Source: Psilocybe cubensis (lineage: Eukaryota). From it: a DNA stretch of 64,000 nucleotides. Positions 28,146 to 42,716 of this stretch are shown here, piece after piece (positions within the stretch are counted from its first letter, which is position 1; the number at the start of each line of letters is the position of its first letter). Location of the stretch: assembly GCA_017499595.2 (NCBI GenBank), contig CM039006.1:3038001-3102000 (forward strand), given 5' to 3'. The position numbers and the translations under genes were made by a program. The notes under the pieces were generated by a model. The model did not search any database and had not been told where the DNA came from. It was given only the letters and a program-made list of their open reading frames with translations.

Positions 28146-29939
28146 TTCGTCATTTTTACCGCCCAACGACGATGACCGCCACTGCCGACTATATCATTAT
28201 AACCACTCAAAATCCCTGATAACCGATTCCGACACTCAAAAAACTGGCCGATTACCGACAAGATTACAACCATAACCAAAGTGTCCCGTTGAGCCATCCC
28301 ACCCCATTTGGCTTGATGACACTCAAAAACTGGCTTTCAGGCCATTTGCCTTCAACTTTCGTCTTCGCCTCGCCTATTTCGTGTTCTATGATCATTTTTT
28401 ATTATTGTGTTCTTTTTCTTGATGATTCCCTGTGATGGTTTGGGTTGTTGATGTTCTAGAGGCGCGGTCGGAGGATTGTTTGATACACTACACTTATTTT
28501 TTCTTTTCTTTTCTTTTCTTTGCTCATCGTTTTGGCTTGTTTTCGCGGCGTCGTCGGCTGTTTCGATTTTTTTTTGCCGTTGTTCAGACCGTCTGCCTTC
28601 CCCGTCGTATAATCCCAAAGCCACGTCCGTTGTCGGCTATACACTCGTTTATTTTTCCATATCCAATCCATACACACACACACATCCGATACATACATCC
28701 ATACATACCTCGTTTAAACCCTTTTCTTGTAGCTCAGTTGCATTTTCTTTTCCCGAGTCGTCGTATATCCGTCTGTCCGTCCATGTCTTACGTCTATGTC
28801 CTTTTTTTTTCTTCTTTTTTTCTTGTTTCTTGTTCTATTGATCTCTACGTATTTAATAATGAACGACCTTTGCATGATTATTTAATTCAATTCGGATACA
28901 GGACGCGATTCGGATGAGAGAGGGAGCTATAGGGTTGTCATTCAGTGTGATGTTGTTGAAGGAGGGAAAAACATGCTTGACACTTGTGGGGTTTGATATA
29001 TGATACCTGTACGTGTGCAGATATTGACTCGCTACGTTTTCGTCGGGTTGAAGAGAGAGAAGTACTGGAGACGGAGCTTGGGAGTGTGTAAAAATGTGGA
29101 TCAAAAACATTTTCAAAATTGAATTGTAGGTAGGAATTAGGATATCGAGGTGTCGGTGTAGATTTAAACGATACTTGTGCACATAATGAGAATGGTGAAT
29201 GAAAACTGGGCCAGTGCTGGCGCTGAGTTATTGAAGCTCACCTCTATGCATGTATGTTGATTCATGTTCTTATAACGTGTTCCGCATATCAAATATCTGC
29301 CATATCGGTACAATGGCGGATTTGTGTTCCATTTGTGTTCGTTCCCATTGACTAGACCAGAAGGAAATCATAATTTTTCTCCTGAGCCAATTGTCCCGCA
29401 ACAAGTACATACGATTTTGGAGACTCAAAATCTCGCGGAGTTATCGAGACTTTTGTTAGGAATGTTAAAGATACATGAATCTTCCAATGTCCTAATCTCT
29501 GGATGTCTAACTCTTTGCACAGCCATAAACTCGTTGGATGTACAAATTAACTAATCAAAATTTTCATCACCTATATACTAGTGAAATATGCGACCGATTT
29601 TGTGCTTAAACTGCCCTGTAGTGCCCTCAAATCCCCGAGAAGTGGACAATGAAATCCTAATTTTTGGGCCTCAAATCCACTCACTTTGGAAATGCATATA
29701 GGGGTGATTCCCGGTGCATACCGCACCACAATAATCACCCAGGGAATGAGAGTTACTTAAATATTTTCTAGACTTCACAAAGAGCTGTGAAGTCGAATGC
29801 CGAAATTTACCGTGAGAAATCAAACCGGCCTATCGATGAGGAAGACTGATAAGATTAAAAAAATTCATTTCCACCACCGTCGACGACGTCCTCTACAGCC
29901 TACTGACTACCATACACAGTGGTATCCTCCGCTACCCCA

Positions 29940-31845
29940 TCATTGACTGGCCTTCAACTTTTTACGGCCTCTCGAGCCTTTCTTTTTGGTTGCATCGGGG
30001 AAACCGGTTCTTTGGGAATTACGGCACGTAAGTCACTATCTTATCCGAGCAATGTGGAATCAGAAAGCACTTACACCATTGTCATGCTGTCCATGTCGAC
30101 GGGCGTTTGGTCACCACCAAACACTGTGCTAGCTTCCTTTGTCCCTGCAGTGACGAGTGCAATGAACCCCCCTTCCTTTGCCTCAGGCGTCGTCAGCGGG
30201 GTCAAGGCGTGTGCGTACGACCTCATCATTGCTGGCGCCCTCGGGTTCAAGTTTCTGGGCTTCCCCCGGGAGCCCTGTACCTCTGTGTTAATGTTTCCTG
30301 GCACTGACTCCCGGGACTCCTGCACCTTGGGTTTTCTGGGCTGCCGGGGGCCTCCAGCGGACTCGATCTCCGAGTCCGTGTCCTCGCGTCGCCTCTTTCG
30401 AGACGCGATCTCGTCCCTAAAAGCATTTTTTCCCCTTGTGAGTCCTTAGTCTCTAACTCATTACTGATCAACAAACCTCCCAATTGTTTGGCCATGCCCT
30501 ACTTCTGCACCCTCCCCGCACCTGATATTGAAGAAAGAACAATGTCAGTGTCTACTCGGAAGAGAGGAGGAAGAAATTTCATACCCTCCATCATTTGTTT
30601 GGGCTTCGTTGATGTCTTGACGCTCTACAGGCTCATTTGTGAGCCTGGAGCGAAGTTCTTCGCGTCCATTCTTGATCGATCCCGTTGTGATAGTTTCTTT
30701 CTTCTCTCTTTCTGAGGAGAAAGACGTTGATGAATGATGGGTGTTGGAACCCTCACCCGCCTGAAACCATGGCTGAGCATGGTCGGAAAACATGCCCTGA
30801 TACTGGGCGGCATCAGCGGTCCTCCCGTAGGGAGTCGGAGATGATGATCTGAAAGTGAAGCTCTTTCTCAGTCTAAATTGTAGTGAATATACTGGTAAGA
30901 CTCACATTTCATCACCATTCGCGTTGAGGACGAGCGCCGTATCGTGGTCAAGCGGGAGGTCTGTGAATGATGAGATTGATAATAGTGATTATGTTAATAA
31001 CTGAACAAACGTACTCGTCCCGTTATCCGTATGATAAGAAGTACTGTTGACGACATCGAGTACTGCATTGTGGGCAGGAAGGCCCTTGCTTTCTGAATCC
31101 CCACAATTTGCAGGTGGTGCTATATGCGGACGAACCGATAAGTAATCATATTGAAAATATGATTCACCATGAAACGCACCCGCCATATCGTGCTCCTGCC
31201 ACACACTCCAGTCAATCGACGACGGGTCGAATTGCTCTTGGTGCCAACGAGACGGACCTGGCTGTCCCATTGCAGGCATTAAAGGTGATGATGTCCTGAA
31301 TGAGAAAGTTGTTGTCAATTGCGATATCACATATGGGAATTTAGGACTGACGGTTTAACATCATGCCGACTGCGTAACAAAGTTGCATCCCGAGAGTTGA
31401 TTAGCTCCGGTAAGGAGCTCATGTGTGTAGGTACTGCCGCTGGGGGCGGTACCGCATATTCAGTCCTGTTATACAATGACGGTGCATCACATATAGTATG
31501 AGCATCATACAAATCCTCGGGGACAGACTGGGAGGTTGATGTCCAGCCATTGTAGATGCCTGCGCCACTCGCCTCTGGCACCTTAACCAAGTCGAGATAG
31601 TTTACACCCATTTCTTCTTCCACCTCTTCAATAAGCCGTTTGATGCTAGCCAGCACCTCTGGGTCTAAACGGAGCCTGGAGGGTTGATGATGAATGCTAG
31701 GTGACCCAGTCAAAGGGGTATCTGCGGCTTCCAAAGGGGCCGGGTCGCCATTTGTATTTGACTCCTCGCACAAGGCGCCTGGGTTGGTGTTGTACGGAAT
31801 ATATTGTATGTAGTTTTGCAAATCAGAAAAATCGAGGGGATGCAT
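29940..31845 (-). CDS. Paralogue of the 16619-18543 gene
   Basis: Starts MHPLDFSDL, has the same exon pattern and ends KKKGSRGRKKLKASQ*. Confidence 0.55.
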
Positions 31846-32350
31846 TATTGGAATGTTGAGTGGATGGGCAATGGTGGAAGTGGGGAGGAATAATCTGTTG
31901 CCAGAGAACAGTGACATTCTAATGTGTGCATGCAAAATCCCAGGCTCTAGTTCTTAATCCGGAGAATTGGACTAACGCTTACAACGTGTAAATTCGACCC
32001 GAGATTTGATTATCATTTCCCATGCAGAACTCTTCTTTAACCGGAGCATAGGACATCAGAGGGTGCATTAGCAACTGCGCTCCGATTTTACAGCCCTGAA
32101 TTAATGCATATTTCCGTACTGAAGACCTCCAGTCAACCTCATTTCAAGCAATGAGGTCATCTTGTTTGATCACATATGTCATATTGCTGTCTATCATGAT
32201 TGTAGATTGTAATGCACTTACTACAGGGTGGTTTGTGTCGAAGGAGTGTGCCCTGACTCGAACCATCATCATCCACAGACGTACAGATTTGTCCCACTGT
32301 CAAAAAGCCTGAGAATATCTTCGGCATCTGATAACGACGTTGAATTCTGT

Positions 32351-32579
32351 CACTGCGGGCGATGACTGCTGTAAGTTGAACAAACAGCCATTGTTTTACA
32401 TGTTTTATGTAAGTTCAGCTGTAAGTTCAACATACAGTCTACTTACACTCAAATAATCGCCTTTTATGGAAATTATTTGAGTGTAAGTCATGATGTATGT
32501 CGAACTTACAGCTGAACATACATAAAACATGTAAAACAATGGCTGTTTGTTTAACTTACAGTAGTCGTCGCCAGCAGTG
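32351..32579. mobile_element. 229-bp foldback MITE, CACTA/CMC-EnSpm-type ends
   Basis: Termini CACTGCGGGCGA...TCGCCAGCAGTG, inverted arms of about 107 bp around a short spacer, and a TGT target-site duplication on both sides. The paralogous site near 16113 is empty. Confidence 0.85.
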
Positions 32580-34666
32580 TGTGCGGTTACGTTGTTGTGT
32601 GCACATCCGTGGGCAATCTGTATGATCTTATCAGGTCTTATCAGCTTGTACATGTAATCTCTGTCTTTCCCGTGTCGGTCCCCGTATCACTATCAGTTGA
32701 TGCCAACGTTGTGACGTGCTGCGACTCGGACGCGTCGTCCCTACACATCACATGATTCCCTTAATAGTAGAGCCATTCCATGGCATTTTCCTAAGCTCTC
32801 GACACTCATGGGTTTGTTTACTCCAGAAAACACTCCATTCGAGATGTTCCATCGAAATAGCTAAGTCTATGTCCTCAAGCACCAAGGATTTCCCCCACAT
32901 TACACCCCATCCGTCCGGCAAATCGTTCGCGCACAAACGTCAAAAGACCAGTAGACTGAGTTTCAAGATTGGCAAGAGTCCTACAAAACCGGTCGTGAAG
33001 ATAGTAGCCAGAAAATCGGCAGTCAACGATCAACGATCACTGATCGCCACTCGCTGATCATTTATTTTAATCTCCGACCCGGGAAAGACCGCTCATCATC
33101 CTAGGCCTGCCAAAGAGCTTGCAACGCTTTGGAGCTCACTATACCCAAGGAGTCAGCAATCATGTCAAGGATAGCTATAGGTTGGGTTAAGGTTTCCGGA
33201 TGACTCGATAACGTGAGATTTGGGTCCGATGCTAATTACTGTGAGTAATTTCCCACGTCATCGGGAGTCGAGGCATACCCACAACTCCTTTGAGAACATA
33301 GCCTTCTGATTTCTGGTCTCCTAGGCTTGTTGGGTGGCTCCACCGAGAAGCTGGAAGACAGCCTGAGTACGCTGTTGATGACCCATCTAAAGGTAACAAA
33401 AACAGTCTGTATAACATGTACATTTATTTCTAAAACTCACTGTCATTATTTCACAGCAACCTTAGAGAGATAATCGATAAGTAGCCAACCCGTCATCAAT
33501 CCGCGAAAATCCGAAGTATCATGACGGCCACTCCTCGAGGTGTCGCGGCCATGTTCTCCGAGAACCTTGCATGTCCTCAATGTCTCTGTGTCAATGAAGA
33601 TCCGTGAAACGAGCTGTACGGTTGCAGAGCGTTTAGATAAGACCCGATGTACAGGTACTTCAAAAAGGACTGGTGAAAAAAGAAGTCATTATACTTTTAT
33701 TGTCCGGAATCTCAGCTCAACGGACATTTTTCCAGCTCGCATGCTTTGCCAGCGCATGAATGGAGCGCTCCGGAATGCAATACTATTGGTGAATTTGGAG
33801 AAGGAACCCTGCACATGCCCTCAACCACGAAGAAGTTTCCCATTGGCAGTGGTCTGTGCGCAGGGACAGAACTAGCGGCTCCATTAGACGGAAGCCGACT
33901 GACTGGACCTGCCTATTTGAGATGGACGAAGATCAGGAGGCATGTAGCAGCGTGTAGCCAATCCTAATTTATTGGATATACGGCGGCGGTATTTCCCGGT
34001 GACTTGTTGTCGAGGAATTAGCGAATTTCTTCAGCTCGAACTACTTGTGCATGGGCGCTTAATTACAAGTAGGTTTACAATTAGGTATTGCAGTTTAAGT
34101 TGAAACTACCTCTCACAGAGGGGCTGTTATAATCGATATAACGAAAGATGTCTCGTAAACAATATACGATATCTAAATAAAACAGTCGACTTACATCACA
34201 TGCCGCGTGTTCTAGAAATGATTTGTGGGTCAACTACCGCCCTGGATAGATTGATAGCTGTACGTATTCTGAACTAGAATACACACGCTTAGAAGCTTGG
34301 TTTTCAGAGGCGTTCCTTTTTTCATGATGCCTTAGGATATGTCATTCAGCTATCTGATGATTGTGTCAACCTCCCCGCGGATGTCCCAAAGTCGCTCCAA
34401 GTCGCCACACGACTCATTTAATTCCCATAACAAGATTAGTCGTCTAATACTCTATAACTATTGTGCATTTTGGTGACCATTAATCTGGATGCTGACTGGG
34501 AGTTAGTCAGTATCTTTGTGAGAATTTTAGGCAGAGAACAATGAGCTTCCACGATTAACATGATAACGTTTAGGCTGCATGTTCGATGGGTCACGTATTA
34601 CTTTGATGGGAAACTATTTGATAGTCCGATGCATCTTATACAACCAGCGGCTCTGGAAAATTAAGG

Positions 34667-35776
34667 GCGCGCTATGGCTGTCCGTTTGCACATTTAATAC
34701 CAATCATTAAACTTTTTGTCCCATATTTAGAAGTCTTGGACTAAGTCTTCCAATAACTATATCTTATGGTGTCCGAAGATAGAGAAAAGGCTTCCAATCA
34801 TAAAGATCTCATATCCACACATTTGTATATTGCAACCTTAGGTACAACTTTGAGTACCATACATATAGTTTTGGAGCCCACATATATATATATTAGAATC
34901 CCTTACATAGGAAACCCATGCCGTTTCATACATTTTTTGCTCCCCCACATATATCTACTGGTTCCGGCAATCTTAGATTTTACCTGTCGTCGTCCCGAAG
35001 AAATACAGGTGATTTTCGGCATTCGTTCCTGCCGTGGCAAGCTTGCCTTCGTGCGAATTCGGCATATCTCGGCAATCAGCCAGACGAATCACAGCACATT
35101 GCTGTTTTTTCACCTTGACACAGGCAGAGTAAGCACTGACACAGTTTCAAATACTAACCGATTGTGAATGCTATAATGTAAGCTAAATACAGCATTATTG
35201 AGTGTTTTTTCTGAGCCAAGCGCTGTGATAACAGCCAGTAGCAGATATGTTAAGTTTGGTTAAGGTTAAATACACCTGAAGTTGAGGTTATAGGTGGTCA
35301 ATCTACTCAGGGTCAGCTATACGCACAGGTTTTGTGTTTCATCATCAAACTCGAAATTTTTAATGCATATCTGAACTTAAAGTATTCCCCTAGCTGCTTC
35401 AGGAGTAGCTATCCACCCCAAAGCGGGGTACAAATATAATTCCCACACGGATTCGGCAGTGCCGGCACGCAGGGTAGTCATCTTGACAACTCTATGTCTT
35501 TGGAAAAAATGTTAGATATATGGGGAGGGGATTACAAAGTATGGTACGGGATGTCATATATAGGGGTGAGATGTATATATGTATGTACCATTCATTAAAG
35601 TTGAAGATTCTGTAAATACAATTATCGGGATGATTTCCTCTATGCTCGGAAACTAGCTCTCTATGAGTGGGACATTAATATATATAGTGGGGATTGTATA
35701 AAACTGTTCTCTATATGTATGGGACAAAAAGTTTAATTATTGGTATTAAATGTGCAAACGGACAGCCATAGCGCGC
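34667..35776. mobile_element. Non-autonomous TIR element of about 1.1 kb
   Basis: 59-bp inverted repeats at 34667-34725 and 35718-35776 with one mismatch, and weaker inverted similarity further inward. No transposase ORF and no clear TSD. Confidence 0.6.
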
Positions 35777-35884
35777 ATCGTGTCCGTTCTATCCCTCTCT
35801 CTATCTCCCTCCCTGATTTGATCATTTCTTCTGCAATTCCCCGTTTTTTTCATATCCAAAACACCACATACACTGACAACGCCA

Positions 35885-37045
35885 ATGCAGTACTCACAGA
35901 CTTCCAGGAGAGAAGGTGGCCCCGCAAATAAGTATTCACCAGACTCAGACGCAGCGGTGGATCAGACCGAGACATGGTATAAGGAAATGGTGGGATACGT
36001 AAATTTTGACGACGAGTCCGAGTCCGAGTCGGGCAGTCTTAATGACAGCGCTGGTCCATCCCACTCAACCATCACAGCCTGTGTGCATTCTCAAGATCTG
36101 AGTTCTGACTCATCGGAAGAAGGACTAGAAGAAATAGAGGGGAGGAGGCGGCCAGTTGTGGATTCTCAACTTCGCAGCAAAGACATGAACAATGTACTTG
36201 CGCATTCAGAATGGAGGAGTCCCATGGTAGTGTTCCCTTAATTTTATTATTTATCAGACATCAACTGACTTTCCCAACTTGTGCCAGCCAACTATCCATA
36301 CGCCATGGCATAATTATACCCACTACCCGTACGATAGCTACTACCATGCCTCATATCGCTCATTCGGCGCCACATTTATACCCTCGGTCCAATTTGCCAC
36401 TTCGTCATCTTTATTTGTACCTCCTGAATCCAGCCTAGAAAATTCAAAAGCAAAGCAAGGCACACACCAATTGTCAAAGGTATGTGAGCTTTACATCTTA
36501 GGTCTTTTGCAAGAACTAACAAGTTGGTACATTGGCCAGGTTGGCCGTCGTAAACGGACACCTTCAAAATGCGTTACAAAGCGCGTTTCAGGCGGGACTG
36601 GGCGGCTAAGCCGTGAAGAAGAAGATTCATTGCCGTCGCGTGAGTACACGGAGAACGTCATTCGTGACATTCTCAACATACCCCCCGACGTTGCAATTAA
36701 AGATGCGTGGCCCACGGCTGTGACTCCATGGGTTCCGTATGGCAAAGTAAACGCCCTAATGCTGGTTCTCTGCTGCTCTGAGAATACTAGGGCAACAGTA
36801 AAGGAAATTCAGAAACTCCTGGTTGACAAGTATCCAGCACTTAAAAGTACACCGTCTAATCATGGATGGCGGGTAAGTAAATTATTGTATTTCGAGTGCT
36901 TTAATATTGATGATATTGTATTACTTAGCGAACACTTTGTGGATACCTCTCACATTTGCCTCAATTCAGGCGAATAGAACGTGAAGGGAATAAGGGGGAT
37001 TACTGGGTACTGAATGTGACGAAGATCTGTAACCGTAACAAGTGA
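35885..37045 (+). CDS. Divergent forkhead (winged-helix) domain protein, 4 exons
   Basis: The spliced C-terminus LMLVLCCSENTRATVKEIQKLLVDKYPALKSTPSNHGWR|RTLCGYLSHLPQFRRIEREGNKGDYWVL follows the forkhead pattern LTL.EIY..I...FPY....GW..SIRHNLS....F....R....KG.YW.L. Confidence 0.7.
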
Positions 37046-38771
37046 GGATGCATTTGCTTTTGTCGATTAAAACTTGCACAATGTCCCTGTTTTTTTTATT
37101 ATTTATTGCTCTCGTCAAACCTCGTTATCTTAATATTTTGTAGTATTTCTATACAATCAAGGACTTGCGGAAAGCTGTACTACCTATGATGTTCGCTATC
37201 CATTTTAATTTCATTATCAAACATACAATGGACATGTTTGGGGGCGCGTTCACTCTACAGAGCTTACCAGAGGTTGTAAATGAACAGTCAGTGAAATGAT
37301 TACAAAATTTAGGTAAGTCAATGTCAAGGTTTCAGACACTGCAAGCCGTATAACCACAAGCGACAAGGAAGCACGCTTTGACACTTTTGACATATCCAGA
37401 TTACCAATCCCACAGAGTATATCGACAAGACATACGGTGTCAGCCTTTCTATTATTGAAGCTGCCGGTCATTAAATTTCCTGTAACAAACATACATTATG
37501 CCCCGAGTAACGTTTACAGGCCGTACCAGGATTTTGTTCACCATGTCAAAACGGCTATCTGTACCGTCATCTCTCGATAGCTCTGTTTCTCTAACCATAT
37601 CTTCCTCAAAATTGTCCTTGTCGTCCACATTAGAGTCCAATAGTCCATTGTACACCAATAGTTTATTATAAATAAGTGTTTTTAATTCATCTGCCACATT
37701 CACAGATTGACAGATTGTGTCATTCATCAGGCCGCCCCACAAAACCAAGGTAGTACGTATGCGCACACATTTAAAACGACAATACCGAAAAATTTGTTGA
37801 TGGGATTTAGAGTTCGATACAAGGATACCATGCGTTTAACGGTAGCATCGGCAGGCTAAGGCCCATGAGGTTTCCCACGGTCTATGGCCTCTAGCATCTT
37901 CGACCTCAACTCCTCTTGTGAACACTTTCTTTGTACATATGAGTATTGCACAGTATTGCATCGGCCGAAGAAAATTGTCTGAGAATACTAAACGGATTCT
38001 CAGTATGAGCCTCGTGGTTCCGTGCCGGTACGAGCGTATATATCCATAGCCGGCTACAATTCGGTTGAAGGGCGTGGTGAGAGAAACACTCAAGGAGCTA
38101 TAGCAGCTTCGGATCGTATGGCACATGGACAATAGGGAGGTTTTATACCTGTAGTGAGATACTGTCATGTACACTAAGCAGAAAGAATATCAGTGATTGT
38201 TGATAAAGATTTCAGGCTGTGACTTTACACCAGCTGCACCCCATCGTCGCCGTTTAATGCTACACGCATAATGCTCGCTCTTAGTTTGGAACGCCTGACA
38301 TTGCACTTGTATCACACATCTTATTTTATCTGTCTATTGCTACACCTCAGTAACGCGAAATCAGGAGATGGAGCACTATGTAGATAATAAGGAGATTCAT
38401 CCATACAGCTTCCTACACCGAGACAGACACTCTGGCGGAAGTAGAGGTGCATATGCTGCTACGTTCACAGCTCAATTTATCACTGACAGTCCATTTCTTC
38501 ACCTCCTTTGACGCATCACACCCCTTCCCGAACTCGATATCCACCTATGATTGATTGGCTTGATAGCATGGAAAGCTACACCACCTCCTCCCAGACCTTG
38601 AGTGGTTGGGAATCGTCTAGTCGTTCAACCAGGGAACATGGTGATCTGACGATTCGGTAATCATTGTGTCCTTTTTGTCCATCTCGTCATTGTCCTTTCT
38701 GATTTGATCATTTCTCCTGCGCTTTCCCATTTTTTTGCATATCCAAAACACCGCATACAATGATGAAGCCA

Positions 38772-39713
38772 ATGCAGTGTTCGGATTCTTCACGGAGCCA
38801 AGGTGACCCTGTGATTGTACATTCACAAGACTCGGACGCAACAGAGGAGCAGATCGAACAGTGGTACCAATAAATGGACGGCTATGTGAATTTTGACCAC
38901 GAGTTCGAATTCGAGTCGGATAGTCTTAATCACAGCGCAAGTCAATTCCACTCCAACAACAAAACCTGTGTGCGCTCTCAAGATCTGAGGCTGGACTCAT
39001 CGGAAGAAGGACAGGAAGAAACAAAGTGAAGGCGGCGGCCAGTTGGAGACTCTCAACTTCGAAACAAAGACAACAGCAATGAATTTGCACATTCAGAATG
39101 GAGGAGTCCTGCGGTAATGTTCCCTCAATTGTATTATTTATCAGACCTCAACTAACTTTCCCAACTTGTGCCAGGCTAGTATCCATACGCCATGGTATAA
39201 TTATACCCACTACCCCTATGGTAGTTACTACCCTGCCTCTTATCGCTCATTCGGCGCCACATCCATACCCGCTGCCTCCTTCTCCCCTTACTCATCTTTC
39301 TGAGTACCATCGAGCTCTGTCTACAATCATCACGAAAAAAAATAGGCCCACAGCGCTCATCAAAAGTATGTCAACTTCACACCTTAGGTCTCGTCCAAAA
39401 ACTAATGAGTTGGTACATCGGCCAGGTCGGCCGTCGCTGTGACTCCATGGGTTCGGAATAGCAAAGTAACCACCCTAATGCTCATTCTCTGCTGCTCAGA
39501 GAATGTGCTAGCAAATACACAGACTCCTAATGTTGAATGGCGTGTAAGTACATTGATATTTTTTAAATGATTTAATATTGACCATATTGTTTTACTTAGG
39601 GAACACTTCGTGGGTACCTCACACATCTGCCTCAATTCAGGCGAATTGAGCGTGATGGGAAGAAGGGAGACTATTGGGTCCTCAACGTGACCAAGGTCCA
39701 TGGACACAGGTGA
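38772..39713 (+). pseudogene. Decayed tandem copy of the forkhead-like gene
   Basis: Part of a direct duplication (about 35777-37290 vs 38660-40200). It has a premature TAA near 38870 and internal deletions, while the last exon GTLRGYLTHLPQFRRIERDGKKGDYWVL is retained. Confidence 0.7.
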
Positions 39714-42700
39714 CAATGCATTCGTGTCTTGACAAGTGTTTGTATAATATTCCTTTTTAATTATGCTCACTGCTGTATCCTTATTTTCGTGCTTCGGGTT
39801 TGTTACAATACATTTTATTAAGTTTGTATCATTATCTCTTTTTTTGAGATTGAGTGCTAAAACCCCGTCAGATGGTAAGTATGTGTATGCTAAAAGTGAG
39901 TTGTGCATCAACTATTGCCCTGTATACGTCAACGGATAAACATGTACTGGGAAACAGTACACATGCATTGTCACTTTGAATTGCGCGGTATATACTATTT
40001 CTTGCTATTTTATGTCGTCGAATTAGTTGCTGATTGGTGTCCTGACCTCGCGACGTACACACCAAAGTTACTACAGCTTGCCGGTTATAAAATGTATTCC
40101 ACCTACAGCAACATTGGTTTCACACATACAATGGACATGTTTGGGGGAGCGTTTATCTCACAGAGCTTACCAGCGCTCGTGGATTTACAGTCCGAGAAAG
40201 TATTCCAGGAGTGAGGTATCCATGAAGTGAGACGCCTTGACGGGGCACGGGCGCAAAGAGAACTCGATTTAATCTCCGCTTTAAAAGACTTGGGGGATTG
40301 TGATGATTCGTGAACTCCCCTTGCTTGCGAGATCTCGATCAACCCGTCCTTGATCCTTTTAAATGTCATAGGACACCATCACTATTACTCGATAGAGATT
40401 GGAGGAGTGGGATGGTAATCTGGTGGTGTATTAAGCAATGGTTAAAGGTGTGTAATCGCTCTCTGAATTTTGTCCTCTTTTGATGATTCGAGTTTGCATG
40501 CCTGCGTCCCGTCCTCATTCACCGTCCTCACTTCCTCCACTGCTTGCACAATAACATTCACGGAGCACCCAGTATAATCGAAGCTGAAGACGGTTCATCA
40601 ATCTTCCAACATAGTGTTAGAACATGCGCTCAGTCCGGTCCGCCGCCATTACCAACTGCAAAGAGGGGGACCAATTTGAGGAGTCTGGTCGCAAAGTTGA
40701 CAGGGAGAACTCGATATTGGCAAGTGCTCTACGTCATGGTCTGTAACTGTCTCTCAAAATGCTTTCGCAGGTCAAAAATTGACGGTCTTGTTCTTTTTAA
40801 CAACATCACTACCACCGCCTGCCCGCCGCGCTGGCGCACACTTCAGTATATCAAAGGCACAGAAAAGAACGAGGGGGTATGCATCCGTGAGTAGCAAATT
40901 AACCTCTTCCTTTAGGAATGCTTCCAATTCATTGAAATTCAAGGAAATTTTGCATGGATCCTGTCCGATTCACCGTTCTTTTACCCTCATTTACCTCTGG
41001 TTCACGCATATCGAGAACCATCCACCCAATTTCGAGTCCCCTTGTGCTTTACTCGGATCCAGTCTACGCAGGGGGAGTAAACAAGCCTAACTGGCTCGTC
41101 TTCGGCTTGCATTTTGAGAATTCGGACAATATCAAGCGGAGGCTCTCAGACGTCTTGTATGAAATCAAATTGGCGGTGTTCCGTAAGTGAAGGAAGTTGT
41201 GTACTATGTCTGAGATCTCGGTGTAGCGAACGTTGTACCATGGACTGTGTTGAGGTGGAGTTCTTTCCTCACCTTTCAAGCCATTACATGCGTCTGAATT
41301 GATACCCTCCTTACAACATTTGAACCCTCGCAACCTGTCATATATACATTCGCCATTCAAAAATATTGAGTCTACTGGATGTCCGTTAATGTACAAATGT
41401 ATCGCCACGAGTAGGATGCGATGAGATAGGGAAAGTAAAAATCAAGCAGCGAGATACAAGTTTCAAGTCAGAAACGCATCTCAAGAACACATGGCAGAGA
41501 CGCAACGATACTAACGAGGATAATGTACCCAAAAGATCAACGAACCTACTATCATCCTCAAACCACCTCAAACACTGTTTTCGCCAGCTTAATCCCAAGC
41601 GCGCGTACATGTGTGTGGCAGTAATGTTCATGCGGGTATTCATGTTGATGTTGATGTATGCCATTGGGACAGTGAGGTTACTGAGGCGTATACCCATTGT
41701 CAATGTGTGGTGATGAATAGACGACAAAGAGTGTGCGTTCTGTATGTGACTTGGAAATGATCTTGTTGGTCAGCTGGTTGATGCGAAGCAGCGACAATAT
41801 TTCACATCTTTCCATTAAGAGGGTCCGGTGCACAGTGATCTGAAATATATTTAATTGTTACAGTCTACCAGTTTCGCTGCATAGAAGCGTGAAACGAAAG
41901 GCGTGTTGGTGTCGTAGCAAAATGAAATCCACCCAAAAAGAGCACGGCACTCACAATATTATGATACAAGATCAAGAGGCCGAACGATAGGCCGGCAGGC
42001 GAATTGAGTGACCTGGTGTCACCAGCTTCCTACGCACAGAAAACGGGACACGTGTTAGAGCGCCCGTCACTTGTGATTAACCGGGAGTCTGAAGCCAACG
42101 ATGTGAATGAGGAGGTACTTACTGGCTAGCGCGCAGTTTGCAGTGGCTTGACAAAACTGATGAGGTGGACGTGAGGATGTGGCAGTCGCGGGGAATGCGG
42201 GGGTGGTGGCGCTGGGGCGGGGGAAGCAACCAGAGAGACTGAGAGCTAATACACCCAGCTAGTGTACTCACTTTTAAAAAATTGAATATCCAAACGCAAC
42301 CACCACTCCGTCAACGCCAGAAGACATTACCAACCCCATCATCGTGACACTCAATTAAGACGCGTGGGATGAAATTGAGTACATATGCGACCGTGCAGGA
42401 CGTAGCCGACTGCTAACCTTTCCCCGACCCGCTCACCCTATTTGGGAGCTCGAGAGCGTAAGGAGCTGATATCCAGTTCAATTGCACCGCCGCCCGGGAA
42501 GCCGAACGATGGGGTCGAGCACAGAAGAGGGCGTCTGCATAAACTCCCGTCGCTTTCATCTGTGATTTCTCTGGATGATTCGCGCAGGAGGATGGTGCGT
42601 GATACTTATCAGTGGTATGCAGTGGGGAATATGTAGTACCTGTATGAAAAAGAGGAAAGGGTTTGTTTGTTTGTCAGACACGCAACTTGTCATACGCTAC

Positions 42701-42716
42701 TCGTCTTCGAACATCT

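Larger units (their letters stand above)
29800..32655 (-). repeat. Inverted duplication block C' (partner 16050-18690)
   Basis: Reverse complement of block C, with an extra MITE insertion at 32351-32579. Confidence 0.9.

Noticed and set aside
40380-41410. Minus-strand ORF fragments
   Set aside because: They are interrupted by stops and have no recognisable domain.
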